Assembly (NCBI GenBank): GCA_030704615.1
Contig: CM060731.1
Coordinates: 84,072,001 to 84,136,000 of the forward strand
Direction of reading: 5' to 3'
DNA: 64,000 nt
DNA from: Takakia lepidozioides
Taxonomy: Eukaryota > Plantae > Bryophyta
Positions 37,609 through 51,323 of this stretch are shown in pieces (the stretch's first letter is position 1; each line of letters opens with the position of its first letter). The position numbers were made by a program, and so were the translations under genes. A model generated the notes under the pieces. The model made no database searches. It had not been told where the DNA came from and saw nothing but the letters and a program-made list of their open reading frames with translations.

Positions 37609-39300
37609 CTAGTACTCCCCACAAGAACAAACACCATTTTGGAAGTGGTGAAAGCGGTTGGCATCCCGTACAACAATCTCTCGCTTAGTTATCTTTGAGA
37701 TGAATGTGAAAATCCACTGATAATAAAAAGGTGGAAGGCAATGGTTGCGAGGGTAAAAGCATAGCCCCATTGATCCTTTAGGGGTGGTATTCATTTCAAG
37801 AAGCGAAAGACTACACCCCCAATGAAAACACAGAAGTTCTGCACACACCAGATGTTACGTTATGATGGACGTTCAAGCTTGCAAATAGGACTATAAAGAT
37901 TGTAGAGAAAAGGCTCAAAGAATCCTTTGCACACCAACTCTACACCTATAGGAACACATTCAAGCTTAAGATGCATGGTGAACAAAGTAGGAGGAAGGAA
38001 CTTTGACATAACCTACACGACTGCATTTAGTAGGGCTGCCTCCACACACAGAAACATGTCAGAGAGATTATTCATGACTCCCTAAAAAGCATGGAAGTCG
38101 CGAATGAAGTGAGATTGTCTTACCACATAGAACGGATAAATAGATTTCCCTAGTAGTGGCCCGAGTTGATTCAAAACAATAGCTATGGCGACTGCTGCCA
38201 AAGTTCCCAAGACCCGATTTAACCTTTTGCTGACAGAGAGGCCAATATTACTCTCATAAAGAAGATCAGTTGTTACAACAGCCCATAATGCAATTGATGA
38301 AATTCCATCATATGGAGGTGGAAAAGATACAACACAAAATATATAAGCCATACCAGCAGCTAATCCTGCAAACATCAAACTATCTTATGTTAGACATGTT
38401 TATCCTTAAGACCTAATGTTATCATTTATGTAACCATAATCCACTCCTGAGAAAACATCATGTCAAAGATAAATAACTCTAGCATTATGACAGTCGCAAC
38501 CTTAATCCATTTTAAAGCAGGTTGTGTGGCAGTCACACACACCCGAAGGTTCTTGATGATCCCCAAAGGCATCCCAGAGGTTGTGTTGATAAGACCAAAA
38601 GCAATGGCCAGCTTCTCATTGTGGTGTCAAAGAGACGATTCTTTAAGCTCTTCCTCAACATCATGCAATGCAAAGCGTGGGCTTCACCCCTTCGCACATC
38701 ATTTGCTCATAGGTCTCCAAAGCCTCCATCCCGCGCCCTTGTTATGCATATCCTGCAATCATCGCACTCCACAACAGCACATCTCGTTCAGCCATACTGT
38801 CGAACACGCCCTTCATACATTTCCACGAGGGTATTGTTCATAATGACATTTGATACAATTGCAGCTCTGACAATGTCGCCATGGACCTCTTTGCCATTTT
38901 CCAGAGCTGCCATGCTTGCACACGCATTGCAAATGCACACAAATGTGATGTGGTCGGGCTTCACCCCTTCCCCCATCATTTGATCATAGGTCAATTGGCA
39001 TACCCACCAGGGTAGTGTTCAGAATGACATCCAGTACAATCCCAGCTTTGATGTCACCATGGACCTCTTTCCCCTTTTCCAGAGCTCCCAGGCTTGCACA
39101 TGCATTGCATCCTACCAACATTATATTCCACGTGATCAAATATCGTTGAGGCATTCTGTTGAACACTTGGTGAGCATCGATGATGCTCCGGCACTTAACA
39201 TACATGTTGACAAGGGTGTTGAGTATAAAAACATTTGACGTGAATCCACTTTGGATAATGTGAGTATGCACTTGCTTTCCAGCTTCCAGTTGAAGAAGGT
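37609..39300 (-). pseudogene. PPR-DYW (RNA-editing factor type) pseudogene, split by an ALMT fragment
   Basis: PPR repeats at 39300-38690 (FILNTLVNMYVKC, GVKPDHITFVC). DYW part 1 at 38680-38520 ([50 protein letters not shown]). DYW part 2 at 37704-37609 ([31 protein letters not shown]). Confidence 0.88.
37705..38519 (-). pseudogene. ALMT (aluminium-activated malate transporter family) two-exon genomic fragment
   Basis: ALWAVVTTDLLYESNIGLSVSKRLNRVLGTLAA with a GTAAG donor near 38122; the next exon [40 protein letters not shown] has a stop. Confidence 0.75.
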
Positions 39301-39542
39301 ACCTTCATCAGGGGATTTGCTATTCTATGAGCTATCAGCCATCAGTGTGACGTGGATGCGGAAACGGTAGCCACGAGGCAATATAATATTTTTTCTCGGG
39401 TTGCCCGTAATTGTATGCTTGGATTTGTGAAAAACAATAATGAAAAATGACACGGGATTGTACTGACACGCCACCTTTGGCTGCCAAAGGTGGAGGCTGA
39501 GCGGGAGAACATAAAGGTAAAAACGAAAAAAATGGATGTCGG

Positions 39543-39578
<36 letters not shown>

Positions 39579-40501
39579 AACATGAGATATGGACTTCTAA
39601 CTTGGAAGAATTCTGCATGTTTTTGAGCCATTTTAATCTCTAGCTTGAATTGTCGTTTGCTACGGAAATGTCCAGGGATACTGGTGAAAAATATATATAT
39701 TTGTTGGACCTAAGTTGAACGAAGGTGGCTCTTATGTCCTTGTATAAGGTACTTTTCGTTTTTTGGAATGTGATCTTATATTCAATTTCAAACTCTAAAA
39801 TTTATTTTTTTTCGGGCAGGTTCGTTGGGCAGATGTTCTTGTTCACCTTCGTTGACCTTCGTCACTGATGGAATTGTGTTGGTAACTGACAGAATAGGAG
39901 CTCTCCTTCATTAGCAGCACCTTGTTCTATCATTGCACTGCTGCCGCTGCCGTTTCCAGTTGACCATCTACCCGCGCGGATTGTTTGTAGCTATCGATCC
40001 ACAGGGAAGCAGAAGTAATCTTGTGTTTGAAATCCAGCCATGTTGGATGAATCTGCACTTCTATCCCTGGTTCTCAGCTATCCCTGCCTGTGTACAAATC
40101 ATGAATACATCCTCAGCCTTGCTGCTAGCAGCTGACACTGATGGCATGAAGTTCTTCCATCACAAGAAAGAATATGAAGAAGAAGTCTTCCAAGAAAGAT
40201 GACAAGGAGGCCGAGAGAGCTAATTATGAAACTGAAACAAATTACTGCGACCACCGAAATCTAGCGGTCGTTTATATCTCTGAAATAATAACATTTACAA
40301 AATAAAATAAACACATGTCCACGTGTGCTATACACGATGGTTGCCGTGTCATTGTAAAGGGTAGAAGTAGATCGTAAAAGTTAAAAATAAAACAAAATTA
40401 CTTGGCGCAACGTCCGGTTTAAACGTGACGTCCGACGTGTCAGGGCCACGTCACGTCCAGATTCACAACTAGGGTTTTGTTGGGGGTACTTAGCATACAA
40501 G

Positions 40502-41610
40502 TGTCAAATAGTGGAGTAGGTTTTTGTAAGGTGTGACACGTGTCGGGCATTCTAGAAGGTTCCACCACCGTTTGACAGGTGGAGCCGCAGGGAGGTCCTG
40601 CACCGTATTACTACATATTAGTAACTACTTTAGTCACTACTTAGTGGGCTCCATCCAAGACCCCACAAACAAATAGGACCATAGGTATATTAATTAATAT
40701 AGTAAATAATAAGGGTCCAAAATCCTGGCAGGGGCTAATCCTGAAGGTCGAAAGAAGAGAGAACAATGGAGCAGCCAATGGGGTCACAAGGCAAGGGGTG
40801 TATGATTAGATTATTCAAGAGGGCATGTGTCAAGCACAACACGTTAACAGGAAAGATGAGGCGGTGAGGTCCAACCTTCTGGAGGTTTCGAGAAGGAGGT
40901 CGAAGGCGGGCTGAAAGTTGCTTGCAAGGTGGGGTTGCAAGTGTGGCGGGCTCCACAGGAAGGAGAATGTGAACGCAGGCAATGGAATGGTCGAAAGGAT
41001 CATCAAGACCTTGAAGCAAAGCATCACAGCACTGGGAGTTCTTGGGGATGCCGAGTGGGATCAAAACTTATACAGGGCTCTTTTGGGTGACCGTATGTCA
41101 ATACAATCCACCACACGATTTTCACCATTTCAGGTGTTGACAGGGCGAGTGCCAAGGCTGGGTGTGGATAATAGGTTGCAGGATCTAACCCAAGTGGTGG
41201 ACACCAATGACTCTCCTGCAGCCATGGCTCAGCAGCTGAACGACAACGTAAGGATGTTGGCTGAACTTGATGCTCAACTCAAAGCCAACGTAAAAAGAGG
41301 GCAAAAGCAGCAGGCTAGAGATTATGAGAGAAGGCACAAAACTGGCCATGAGTACCCAGTTAGGAAGGATCGCTGATCATGATGGGGAAGAAGGGTGCCA
41401 TGACCAATCCTTGGGAAGGACATACATCTTTGTGGGATACAAGGACCATGCAAACCAGCCCACAGGCATGGAGGCTGAGCGCAAATGCATACTGAAGGAT
41501 GGGTTAGGGAAAACTTGGACAAGAAGCAGGAGGGATCTTAAGCCATATCATCACAAGGGAGGAACACACACCGAGACGATGGACAACGTGGACGTTGTCA
41601 CTTAAAAAAA
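40502..41610 (+). mobile_element. Ty3/gypsy remnant: 76-bp LTR-like stub, PBS-like site and integrase C-terminus
   Basis: TGTCAAA...TTTGACA at 40502-40577 followed by GGTGGAGC; GNGMVERIIKTLKQSI...WDQNLYRALLG...TTRFSPFQVLTGRVP (40918-41376). Confidence 0.7.
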
Positions 41611-42984
41611 GTGAGCCACACCACATATGTAGTGTGAAAATGTGGTGGTTTTTTATGAAAGATTTTGTTTTAGCTAAATACTATTTAGTAAGCAATCTGG
41701 CAACGGAATTATGTGATTGGATGACTTTTGGTGGTGGTATGGATGAGAAAGCATCCATCCACTTATCCATCCTTTTGTCTCTCCCTCTCTTCTTTCTTGT
41801 GAGGGGGTCCTCCTTTTATCTCTCCCTCTCTTTCTTCCTCTCCTCAGTCTCTCCTCTTCCTCTTTCTCATTCTTCTCCTTAGGAGCTCTCTCCTTGTCTT
41901 AGTAGCCTTAGTTAGGACCGTTCTCTAGAGGTAGGGCTAGCACTGACCCCGCGTGATCCCGACCGAAGAACACGACCCTCCGTCGAAGGTGTCACCGGCT
42001 GAGGCTGAGGGTCGGTGTAACGGGTTCGGGCTGAATGTCCTTCCCACCCGAACGTGTCTGAATGCGTGCCCCCTCCACTCTTGGCGCACCGGGAGGTGGT
42101 GGTGGTGTCTTGGGAATGTCACCAAAAAAAAAAAAAACTCCCCAGGGTGGGCCCAACCACCCTAGGGAGACATCCCATCAAATAATAGAGAGGGAGGGAG
42201 CTGGGAGGGAGAGAGAGAGAAAGAGACTGAAGAAAAGCGTTGCGGCAGCGGGAGCAAGTGCTGTTGCTGGTGGCAAGGGCCGTGAGGTGGCGGCCACTGC
42301 GACACCCAGCCGTTGGGGTCACGGCAACCGGAGCAAAAAAGAAGCCCGACGCCCTGCTGTTGCTGCCGCCTGCAAGCAGCTGCAGCAGGGCTCAAGGGCG
42401 AAAGCTGAGAGGGAGGAAGAACAAAGAGAGGGAGAGGGAGCTGGGTGACACCTGGTCGTTGGCATCGCCGCGGCGTGAGGAAAGAGAGAAAAGGGGCGCA
42501 GGCTCCAGCAGCAGCCCACGACCTTGCCAAGGGAGAGAGAGGAAGGGGGAGAGATAGAGAAGCGGTTTCAAGTGGGAAGCCTTAGTTGAGAGATGATTAT
42601 TTTTTGCTTCGATGTGTGAATACCCGCGCTAGCTAACTTATCATCGTTCCAAGTGTGAACCCTTGAAAAAATGCAGTGAAGCAACAGCAACAGATATTGT
42701 TCCATTCTGATTGGAGTAAATGATTGTTTACAGTATAAAATAAGAATACATGAACAAATAGCCAACCATGAGTAGCCATAACTGCACAACTCCAATTCCA
42801 AGTAAATATAAGCATGCTTTCACCACCCATCAACACTGCCTCATGCCAGCATCACCTTCTTACAACTCTGTTGTTGACCCAGTTCCAACTAGACCTCCTT
42901 ACAACCTATTCCATCAAACCTGAGGTCCCTAGCAAATAAAATAAGTTACAACCCCCCTTTATCATATTACCAGTTCACCAGGAT

Positions 42985-45900
42985 TCAATGTGACCTGCGA
43001 TTCAAATCAACACCGGTGGCCAAAAACTGGCCACCATCAACACCACGAGACCCAGTCATCTCCAGACCTGTAGGATCTATCCGATGGCTCCGAATGATGG
43101 ATGATCCGACAAGTGACATGTCTCCTCCAGGACTGAGAGCTCTATTGGTGAGCTGGGCCATTAGACTCCCCCCATGAACCCTCCCCTCAGGCAGCGTCAA
43201 CGATGCCATGTCGAAAACTCCTTCATCGGAGGTTGAGGTCGGTGGCCGTGGGGGCCGCCCATATCTGGGCTTATTGGCAGGCACACCAAGCATGTAGTAT
43301 TTTCCCCTCTCCTGCATAGAGAGGGGAACCAGCACCTGAAACCAGACATTCTTACACTTTAGTACTACAAGCATGTAGTATTTTCAGTATGGCAACTTGA
43401 GCCTAGGGCCATTTCATATCGAGAAACACAACACAGAAAATGGTAGCAGATCTAGAATATCAAATTACAGGCAGTACTTTGACAACTCAGCTGTCCATTT
43501 CCAAACTCTAAATAAGTGATGCTTTTGCAGCCCTGCTGCACTCAAGGGAATGAACAAGTTGCCTCTGTCAAGTCAGACTATACGCACAGATACTAACCTT
43601 CGGGGGAATAAGCGGCTGCTGAAAAGGAGAGAAGCCTGCTGGTGACAATAGAGAAGTACTTCTTCCAGTAAGGCATTGTGATTCAATGTCCATAGCATTA
43701 TATCCCATGCTACCCATTGCCTGAGAGCTCATAGCACTCTCTGAAATGCTCGAACCTACTCTCGGCCATAACTCAATGGGTGAGTGCGTCGCGTGCAGAA
43801 GTGTGACCTCTGGTGCTGATCGGTTCCTTCCCCATGACTTATCCCTTGGACCTGCAACAGAAGACCTCTTTCAGAATCACTAGCAGTGAAAGACCAGCCT
43901 GTGGAGAATAATCCACAAAACAGACTGACAGAGGAATCGCTATCGTGCTATAGCTCTCCCTGCTTAGTGTGCTAAATCGTAGGCTTTGTAAGATCATATG
44001 CCACTCTAAGATCTTACACACTTTAGGAAGTAGAGTTCCGTGCTATCTACAGGTATGTTACGAGTCCATGGATGCTCAACAGTTAATGCTGGATCACCAG
44101 ACACATCCACGACTCAGATACGACAAAACACAGCACGATCAAGTCACACCAGCTGGAGGTGAGTGCACATGGGAGTTCCAACCCTCAGATGAGTAAAAAG
44201 AAGATGGAAAGAGCAACAGCTAAAAGAAGTGAACATGTGCCAGCTTTTTCCTCTTCACCAAGAGCATATGCCAGATCCTCTTGCAGATAGCTATGGAAAA
44301 TGAACACAACCAAATACCTGAAAAATTTGCACCCTTGGTTAGGCAGTTCTGAGTCTGCCTATCTGGACCACTGCCTGCAGGTCTGCTACTGCTAGCTGCT
44401 CCACCCAAACATGTGGGTGTGTTTGCACTCGGTGGACCCTGCCCCAAGCCTGAAACTAAACCTCGAAAGAGTCCTGGGGCCAGGCCTGAAGTTACGGGGG
44501 GGCCAAGGGCGCCTGCTCCATGGACCCGCCGATCCTGGACTAGTGCACTGTGTGCCGCACAAAGGCCTGTTTTCCCCCTTGCAAACTTATCACAATGGGT
44601 TCCAATATCCCTGCCTCCAATTTCTCCCCTAAAAGAGTCTCCAAGACTCAAGCCTTTCCACTGGCATCGTTTTCCACCCCCGTGGGCCTTACAGAAATCA
44701 GTGCTTCCTTGGGCACTTTTGCCACATCCCTCCACCTTGCAGCGTTTCCCCCCACCATGCCTCACACAAAATTCAGTCCGACCCCGTGCACTTTTAGCAC
44801 ATCCCTCAACAGCGCAACGTTTTCCACCACCATGTGCAACACAGTAAAGTGTACCCCCATGGACACTTTTGGTGCAAATTCCACCTCCATCAAACAGGCA
44901 GCGCTTTCCCCCACCATGTCCTTTACAGAGAGGGGTACTTCCCTCAGCACCTTTGTTACAGCCTGCAATAATGCATCGCTTTCCTCCTCCATGGGCTTTA
45001 CAGAACATGGTGCTCCCCTGAGCCCCCTTTGAGCACCCTGTAAACTGACACCTGCAACATCCAATAAACAATGGAGAACCGGCAAACATATATCTTATTC
45101 GTCTTCCTTCTCATCTCATTTACTTTCTTCTGATTCAGCAAGACCCTTGGTTACAAAGTAAATATCACCATTCTGAGTACGCATATATTACCTGAACTTC
45201 AACACAAATACACCTTAGATACAAACAACCAGAGAATCATTTCCTTGCCAAAAGCAGATACTAAGATTAACAAACTGCTTTTATAAGCCAATGGTGCAGC
45301 TCTTCGCAACACCACACTTAATGGGCACATTCAGCCAATAGGCTGCTACATGTCATTGTAGTGTAGCATCTCATAACCCCCAACTAACTTGGCCTCACAT
45401 CACTTGCAGTTACATGGATGAGGCAGGGAAAAGAACCAAAAGCCAAATTGCCCTTTTCCTGAGAAGACGATCTGGAAATATGACTAGGGTAGTAGAACAA
45501 GATTTAATTAAACCCTTACCTACGGCCACCACCATGTGAGATACAAAGACCCGAATATCCCTCAGCACTTCTGGTGCAACCTTCAATTTGGCAGCGTTTG
45601 CCTCCCCCATGCCGGATACATAAGCCGGAGCGTCCGCGAGCAGCCTTGTCACAGCCTTCATTGCTACAGCGCCGGCCACCGCCGTGACCAATGCAGAAAT
45701 CTGTTTTACCTTCGGCACTCTTGGTGCACCCCAGATTCTGGCAGCGCCGGCCCCCACCATGGGCTTTACAGTAGACAGTGCGCCCCTCTGCCCCCTTGTT
45801 GCATCCATGCTTTTGGCATCTGCCCGTGAGGTCATGCCAAGAAAAATTATACAGATTATAAGATGTTTGCACGAGCTCTTGTAAGTGGTAAGTCACTTGA

Positions 45901-48226
45901 ACCTTTTCAGTAGTAGGGAAGCTACAGTTCCTAAGGCTAGAACTTACATTCGATAACCCCACCTCTAAGATCTCAGAAGGAGCAGCATGGCAACACTAGA
46001 AACATATCTTTCCTTTCCATTGTATGTACTTAGTTCCAGATGTACACAACAACTTACCGGTGAAGATGTCAATACCTGCTCCCAAACCACCATGTATATG
46101 GGGAAAGGTTGTTAAATAATATGTTAGACACTGCTCTTCCAGGGCGATACAACATTTGCTCTTTGAATCTTCTGTTATTTAAATAGAGGTCTTCCAGGTC
46201 TACTTCTTTTTCCACACCAGAGACTAGAATATTTGTCACAATTATTGAGAAAAGAGCTTAGAACATCTTGACCCGGGAAGAGTGTTGCGAAACGAGACAA
46301 GGCATAAGTTACAGTGCCGGACCCTCAAAAGGTAGGCACTTGATAATCGGTGGGTTTCTGATGAGGGCCACTCAGCAGCCCAATTCTCTCAAGGTCCACA
46401 AGGAGAGATAAACAGTGAACCAGAAAACCCCCACAAGATGACTGATTGACCCAGTATCCCCTATTGGCTATTTCACAAACAACCAGCATACACCTATGTT
46501 GAGACAACCATTTCTAAGGGGGTCAAGTGCCCCAATCACCGGGCCATCTGCTGGTTGCTTCTTTACTTGCAGTTACATACCACTATTTGTTGGTCATATA
46601 TTTGTTAGTGGAACCTTTACTGCATTGATGTTATTGTTTTCACAGATCCAATATTATGAGGTTTGACCATATGAAAATGCTCAGGTCCAGTCCATGCTCA
46701 CAGAAAAGTCCACCCTGCAAAGCACAGCCTTACAACAAACTAAGACCCAAAGCAGCTGGGCAGTAAACTCCATACATCTCAAGTTAACACCTGTGACTAT
46801 CTAGACCTCTAATGGCAATGCCTAAATAATGATTCCCAGCTGCTGCCACCACTGGCACCTACTGTTAAGTCCTTAACAGTCAAGTGTTAACACTAATAAA
46901 ACAGGACAAGTTGTTGCATGGATAAGGCCGCACTTTGATGCAAGTCCCTTAGTAGCTCTTAACTGCAGAGTCAGAATGCTAACTTTGTCATGACACATGC
47001 AAGCATGTCCTATACACAGGGAATGAAAAATGACAGATTAGCAGAAGCGCCAATATGCCTGCAGAGATTGTCAGCTGATGCCTCAAAACATGCCTACTGG
47101 CGGCTATGGAGATCCTCAGAAAAAATCAAGAATTGCATATATTCACTAACCTACGGCCACCCCCATGGGCTATGCACAATCCCGAAGCGCCTCTCGGTCC
47201 CTTGCCACACCCTCTGAATTTGCAAACTTTGGGTGCTCGATCCGAATGCCCGAATGCGGCACTTGTACAAGTTGGGCCACCACCTGTGGATGCTTGCAGG
47301 CTCACTGAAAAATCTTGCTCTCCAACATCTTCCTCAGTATGCTGCTTCCCAGATGTCACTTCAATATGGCTTGTATCGTAAGGCATTGACGGAATGATAC
47401 AGGCACCCATCAACAATGATGGCATATAACCACCAGATCTTAACCGAGCAGAAGTGGACCCTTCGTCCACAACGGGGACATCACCTGCTACCCCTTCATA
47501 ATCCCCTCTATTGTCTGCTGACATATCACTTGGCCTCAGACCCAACAACATACCAGCCCCGTTTTCATACTCCCTGCCAGTTAGGGACTCCATCAAATGC
47601 CTGTAGCCATTTCTAGGAGGGCCAAGCCCAAGATGGGTGCCCGCATCTTTCTCAATACGACTATCACCATGCCTCCCTCTTGCTTGCCAGGCTAGTCCTC
47701 CACCACTGCCAGCTGCTGCATGTGACTTCCCCAAGCTACCCAGCTGTAGCAGCTCGCCAGGTTCCACAGCCAGCCCACCAGGAGCCATTCCAACTGTCTG
47801 TGATCTCTCACCAGCAGCAGTACCGTAGTTAAATGACTTGTCATTATAGATGCTGTCTAAGTTACCAGAAATCAGTCGGAAACTCATCAGTGGGAATTCC
47901 TCCTGCGCTCCTCTGGAACTATCCGTCTGTCCTAATTCTAACACGATCGAAGCCTCTGTTTCCTCATCCCCCTGATCGGACATGTGTGCTGCCCTCTTTC
48001 TTTTCAGGCTCTTACTTGAGCCATGAATCCTGCTTCCCTGCTGACAATCATCTATCAGCCCATGTGACCTTTCCTTTGAGAAATGGTCACTGGTCACTGT
48101 ATCCAAGTTCAGGCTCAAAATCGTCTCATGAGTTTGTTGTTCTGGTATGCCACAGTTAGTGCTGGGACTTTCTCTTCCAATTGAGAGTCTAGTCATTGGC
48201 AAATTGGCCATCACATTGCTCAGCAT
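42985..48226 (-). CDS. GGGRRC/GGGKRC-repeat Cys/His protein ('WRKY19-like' zinc-finger repeats, no WRKY domain), five coding exons
   Basis: Phase-consistent exons 48226-47151, 45819-45520, 45051-44318, 43851-43598, 43335-42985. Multiple C-x4-C-x-K-x-A...C-x2-HGGG[RK]RC repeats and conserved VPVVDEGSTSA...SGGYMPSLL, IPPKVLVPLSM and LPEGRVHGG motifs. An in-frame stop near 48296 makes 48226 the first ATG. Confidence 0.9.
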
Positions 48227-51200
48227 GGCCTCCTTGCCAGATGCTCTTGACACAAACCCAGCCCCACCTCCCTCAGATCTTGATTCAGGAAGGGTTTACG
48301 GGGACAGAGATATGACAGCCTCATCTAAAAGAGCATACCTCCTCTTATTCCTTGCATGAGAACCCTGTGGTGGCGCAAGGAACTGCACCATGAAACAAAT
48401 AATAAGATAAAGTTCATAAATCGCACACAGATCTTACAAAAACTGAACACTTTCATCCTATAGGAACTTGCCATCCAGGCAGCGCCTTTCAGATTAAACT
48501 CACAGCCATCAACCACCAACATACACTGACAGGGGAAAGAAATACACAGGTACAGCGTTACATTGTTGTGACCTCCTGGTAACCCTCTGAAAATCTTGTC
48601 CCTTTACTCGATGAGGGGAAGACTTTTGGGGTGTCTGGGGTGTCAGTCACGACGGCCTGTGATTCCAGAGAACAACACCCTGAAATTGTTCGCTAACAAA
48701 GCCTCAGATATCCCTCCAGAACAACACCAATGGATCTGCTAGTTATGAGTGACTGCACTACCAACCATTTTCTTCGCAGCTAACAGCAGCGCATCCTCCA
48801 CACGACTGCACAACTAACAAAGAAGTGCACGTCGTGAGGTTACCCTCTCCTGACAACATCGTACTGGAAACAGCATGAATGATTTCACTCACATAACCAA
48901 GGAGTCCTCTAGAAAAACGTACCTTCAGGCATATTGCTCACCATCACCCCCTGATGCACTTTCAGTGCAGCTAAAGCCCAAACCATCAATATCAAACCAA
49001 AAAAACGATTAAGAACGCCTGCTTCCATCGGGCGACCGTGCAATCATAACCCAGTGAAAATTCACAAAACCTAAGGCTCCTCCATGATATTTCAGCTGAT
49101 AAAAAGGAAGTTCCCGAAAGTCTGACCGTCTGTTTATGAATGTCAAACAACAAGCCCTATGATGCAAGAAAGCCGTCCCCTTCTCCACGCCTGCAGTTTT
49201 GAGATGGTAGTCATTTCTAGTGCAAAACCATATATCGACCCACTGGCATATGCCAGAGAAGTGTGCAGGTCAAAGTTTCACAAAGTTGCAATGGCCCCAG
49301 ATCATTGACACACTCATTTGATATCCAAAAAGACTGGTCAAGAAATGGCCAAATATAGAAACCCAAACCAAGGCAGTCACGCGGAGAGATTCTCAGATAG
49401 AGAGAGATATAGAACGTTCCGACCTAGCCCTTACTCATTAGGTCACGGAGAGAACGTGACATAAGCTTAAGTGCTGCGATAGGACTTGCTTGTCGCTAAT
49501 GGCACTGCCAAATGAAACGAGACTGTCAAAGGGAAAACACGGGTAGGGCAAATGTTAATGAAGCAATAAAAAGTAGGAAGGGAGTCGCGGTCGCTCGCAA
49601 GCTCTGCTGATTCCTGCTCTCTTCATTGATGGACATGGTTATGACTTATGACCTTGTCTACTCGAAAAGGTACAAAATTTTGCATTATAATATATTTGTA
49701 ATCCAGTGTACCTCTATAAAGGTAATATTCAATATCAAAAGGAAACTGGAGCACTTTTGCCGATGGGTTAAATTCGAGGACAGAAAGTTGGATATAGCAA
49801 AAGAAGTGCAGAATAATGTGACAGTTCCAAGACTTACTCTTAGAAAAATCATTATCAACTTCATTGTCGTCAAGTGCATCCTCTCATTGCACTACAACCT
49901 CTGTCTATGTGGCCGAAGAAGACCCCTCCTAGAGTGGAACGATGACATTGGTGAAAACTTCGAAGTCTCCCTCCATCCCAAACAGGTTCATCCCGGAAGC
50001 CTTGCACGCATGCATGAAACGAAGCACTTGTAGGATGCACATGGAATTGTCTTAAATGAGGGGTGGAAGAGCATTTAAATTTGAAGGTCTCGAGAAGATG
50101 TGAACTAATTTGTCAACAAAGATAGATCAACCACGTAACTCCCACTGAAGTTGCAGGTCTTTATCAAAGTCTACATCAAAGGCGGGCTTTTCTCCCGAGC
50201 CCCTCTCCAAGGAACACCATTGGGCCTCCTCAAACTCCGGTTTGATCAACATAATTATAGGGTGCGTCGTCCACGTAAGACCCACAGTTACGATCAATGA
50301 AGCACCTCACCTTAGAGATCTCAAAGTTCCTGATAAAAGAAGGACTGGATTCTTGACGAATGCTAAAGATGCAAATCGCATCAAAGAGCCTAGTCTGTAG
50401 GAGTAATCACCAAAGACCGTGTGAAGACCATGCACCACAAAAATCGTCACCGTCTTTTGCTTTGAGAGCAGGGGTTGGGACACAAAAAGGGCTAGCCCTG
50501 TGGTGGAGGCAGTGGCAGCAGTGGGGCTTGAATGACCCTTGAGTGGCCAAGGCACTCAAGGGGGCGGAGGCGCTCACTAAGGTAGAGCCCCGCAACGGTG
50601 GGGGCTCTGAGTGGGGTGGTCATAGCGTAGGGAGTCGTAGTGGGAATGGCATATGACTCACTGCGGGGTTGAGGCCTTGAGGCGGGAGTCGTGGGAGAGT
50701 AGTCTTGGGGCTCACCATGGGGACATTGAGGCCGTGGTGGGTGGACCAAGACTCCCGCGACTCATCACAAGGAGTCGAGGGTTTGGTGGTAGTGCACCAA
50801 AAATGGGGATTGGCTACTTGTGAGACCCCCGCCGACACCTATAGAAGTATTTATAGGGAGTAGCAACCTGAGAACAGTACAAGCCCATTAAGCAAAGAAA
50901 GCTAGTAAAGCGAGCGAGCGAGTCAAAAAACGACCAAGTGTTGAAAGCTATTCCGGATTGCCTACAACCATAGGGATTTTTCACGTAGCCCACGTAGTCA
51001 AGGGTTGTTTGGGAGAGTAAATGGGGACCATTATGCTCTAGCGAGCAGCCGAAGCTCCAAGTCCACCGGGGGACCAATTTGGGAATTAGACGCGCACACC
51101 AAAGCAAGTAATTATAACTTGAGGGGGACTTTACCGAAAATGAAAAGCAGACCAGATTGGAAAACGATGTGAACTGTTTTCCCAAGTCAGTGAAGGAGCA

Positions 51201-51323
51201 CCTTGGTAATTTCTCCTCCGAGTCTCTATCGTAGGGATGCAGCTTTTGTTAACAAAATTATGCTCTCTCGATAAATCAATTCTAGAAGAGTGAGGTTATG
51301 CATTGTATGGACGATCACGTGAC

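Noticed and set aside
42117-42450. TGTCACC...GGTGACA segment as a solo LTR
   Set aside because: No matching TSD, and it does not match the 40502 stub; too weak to call.
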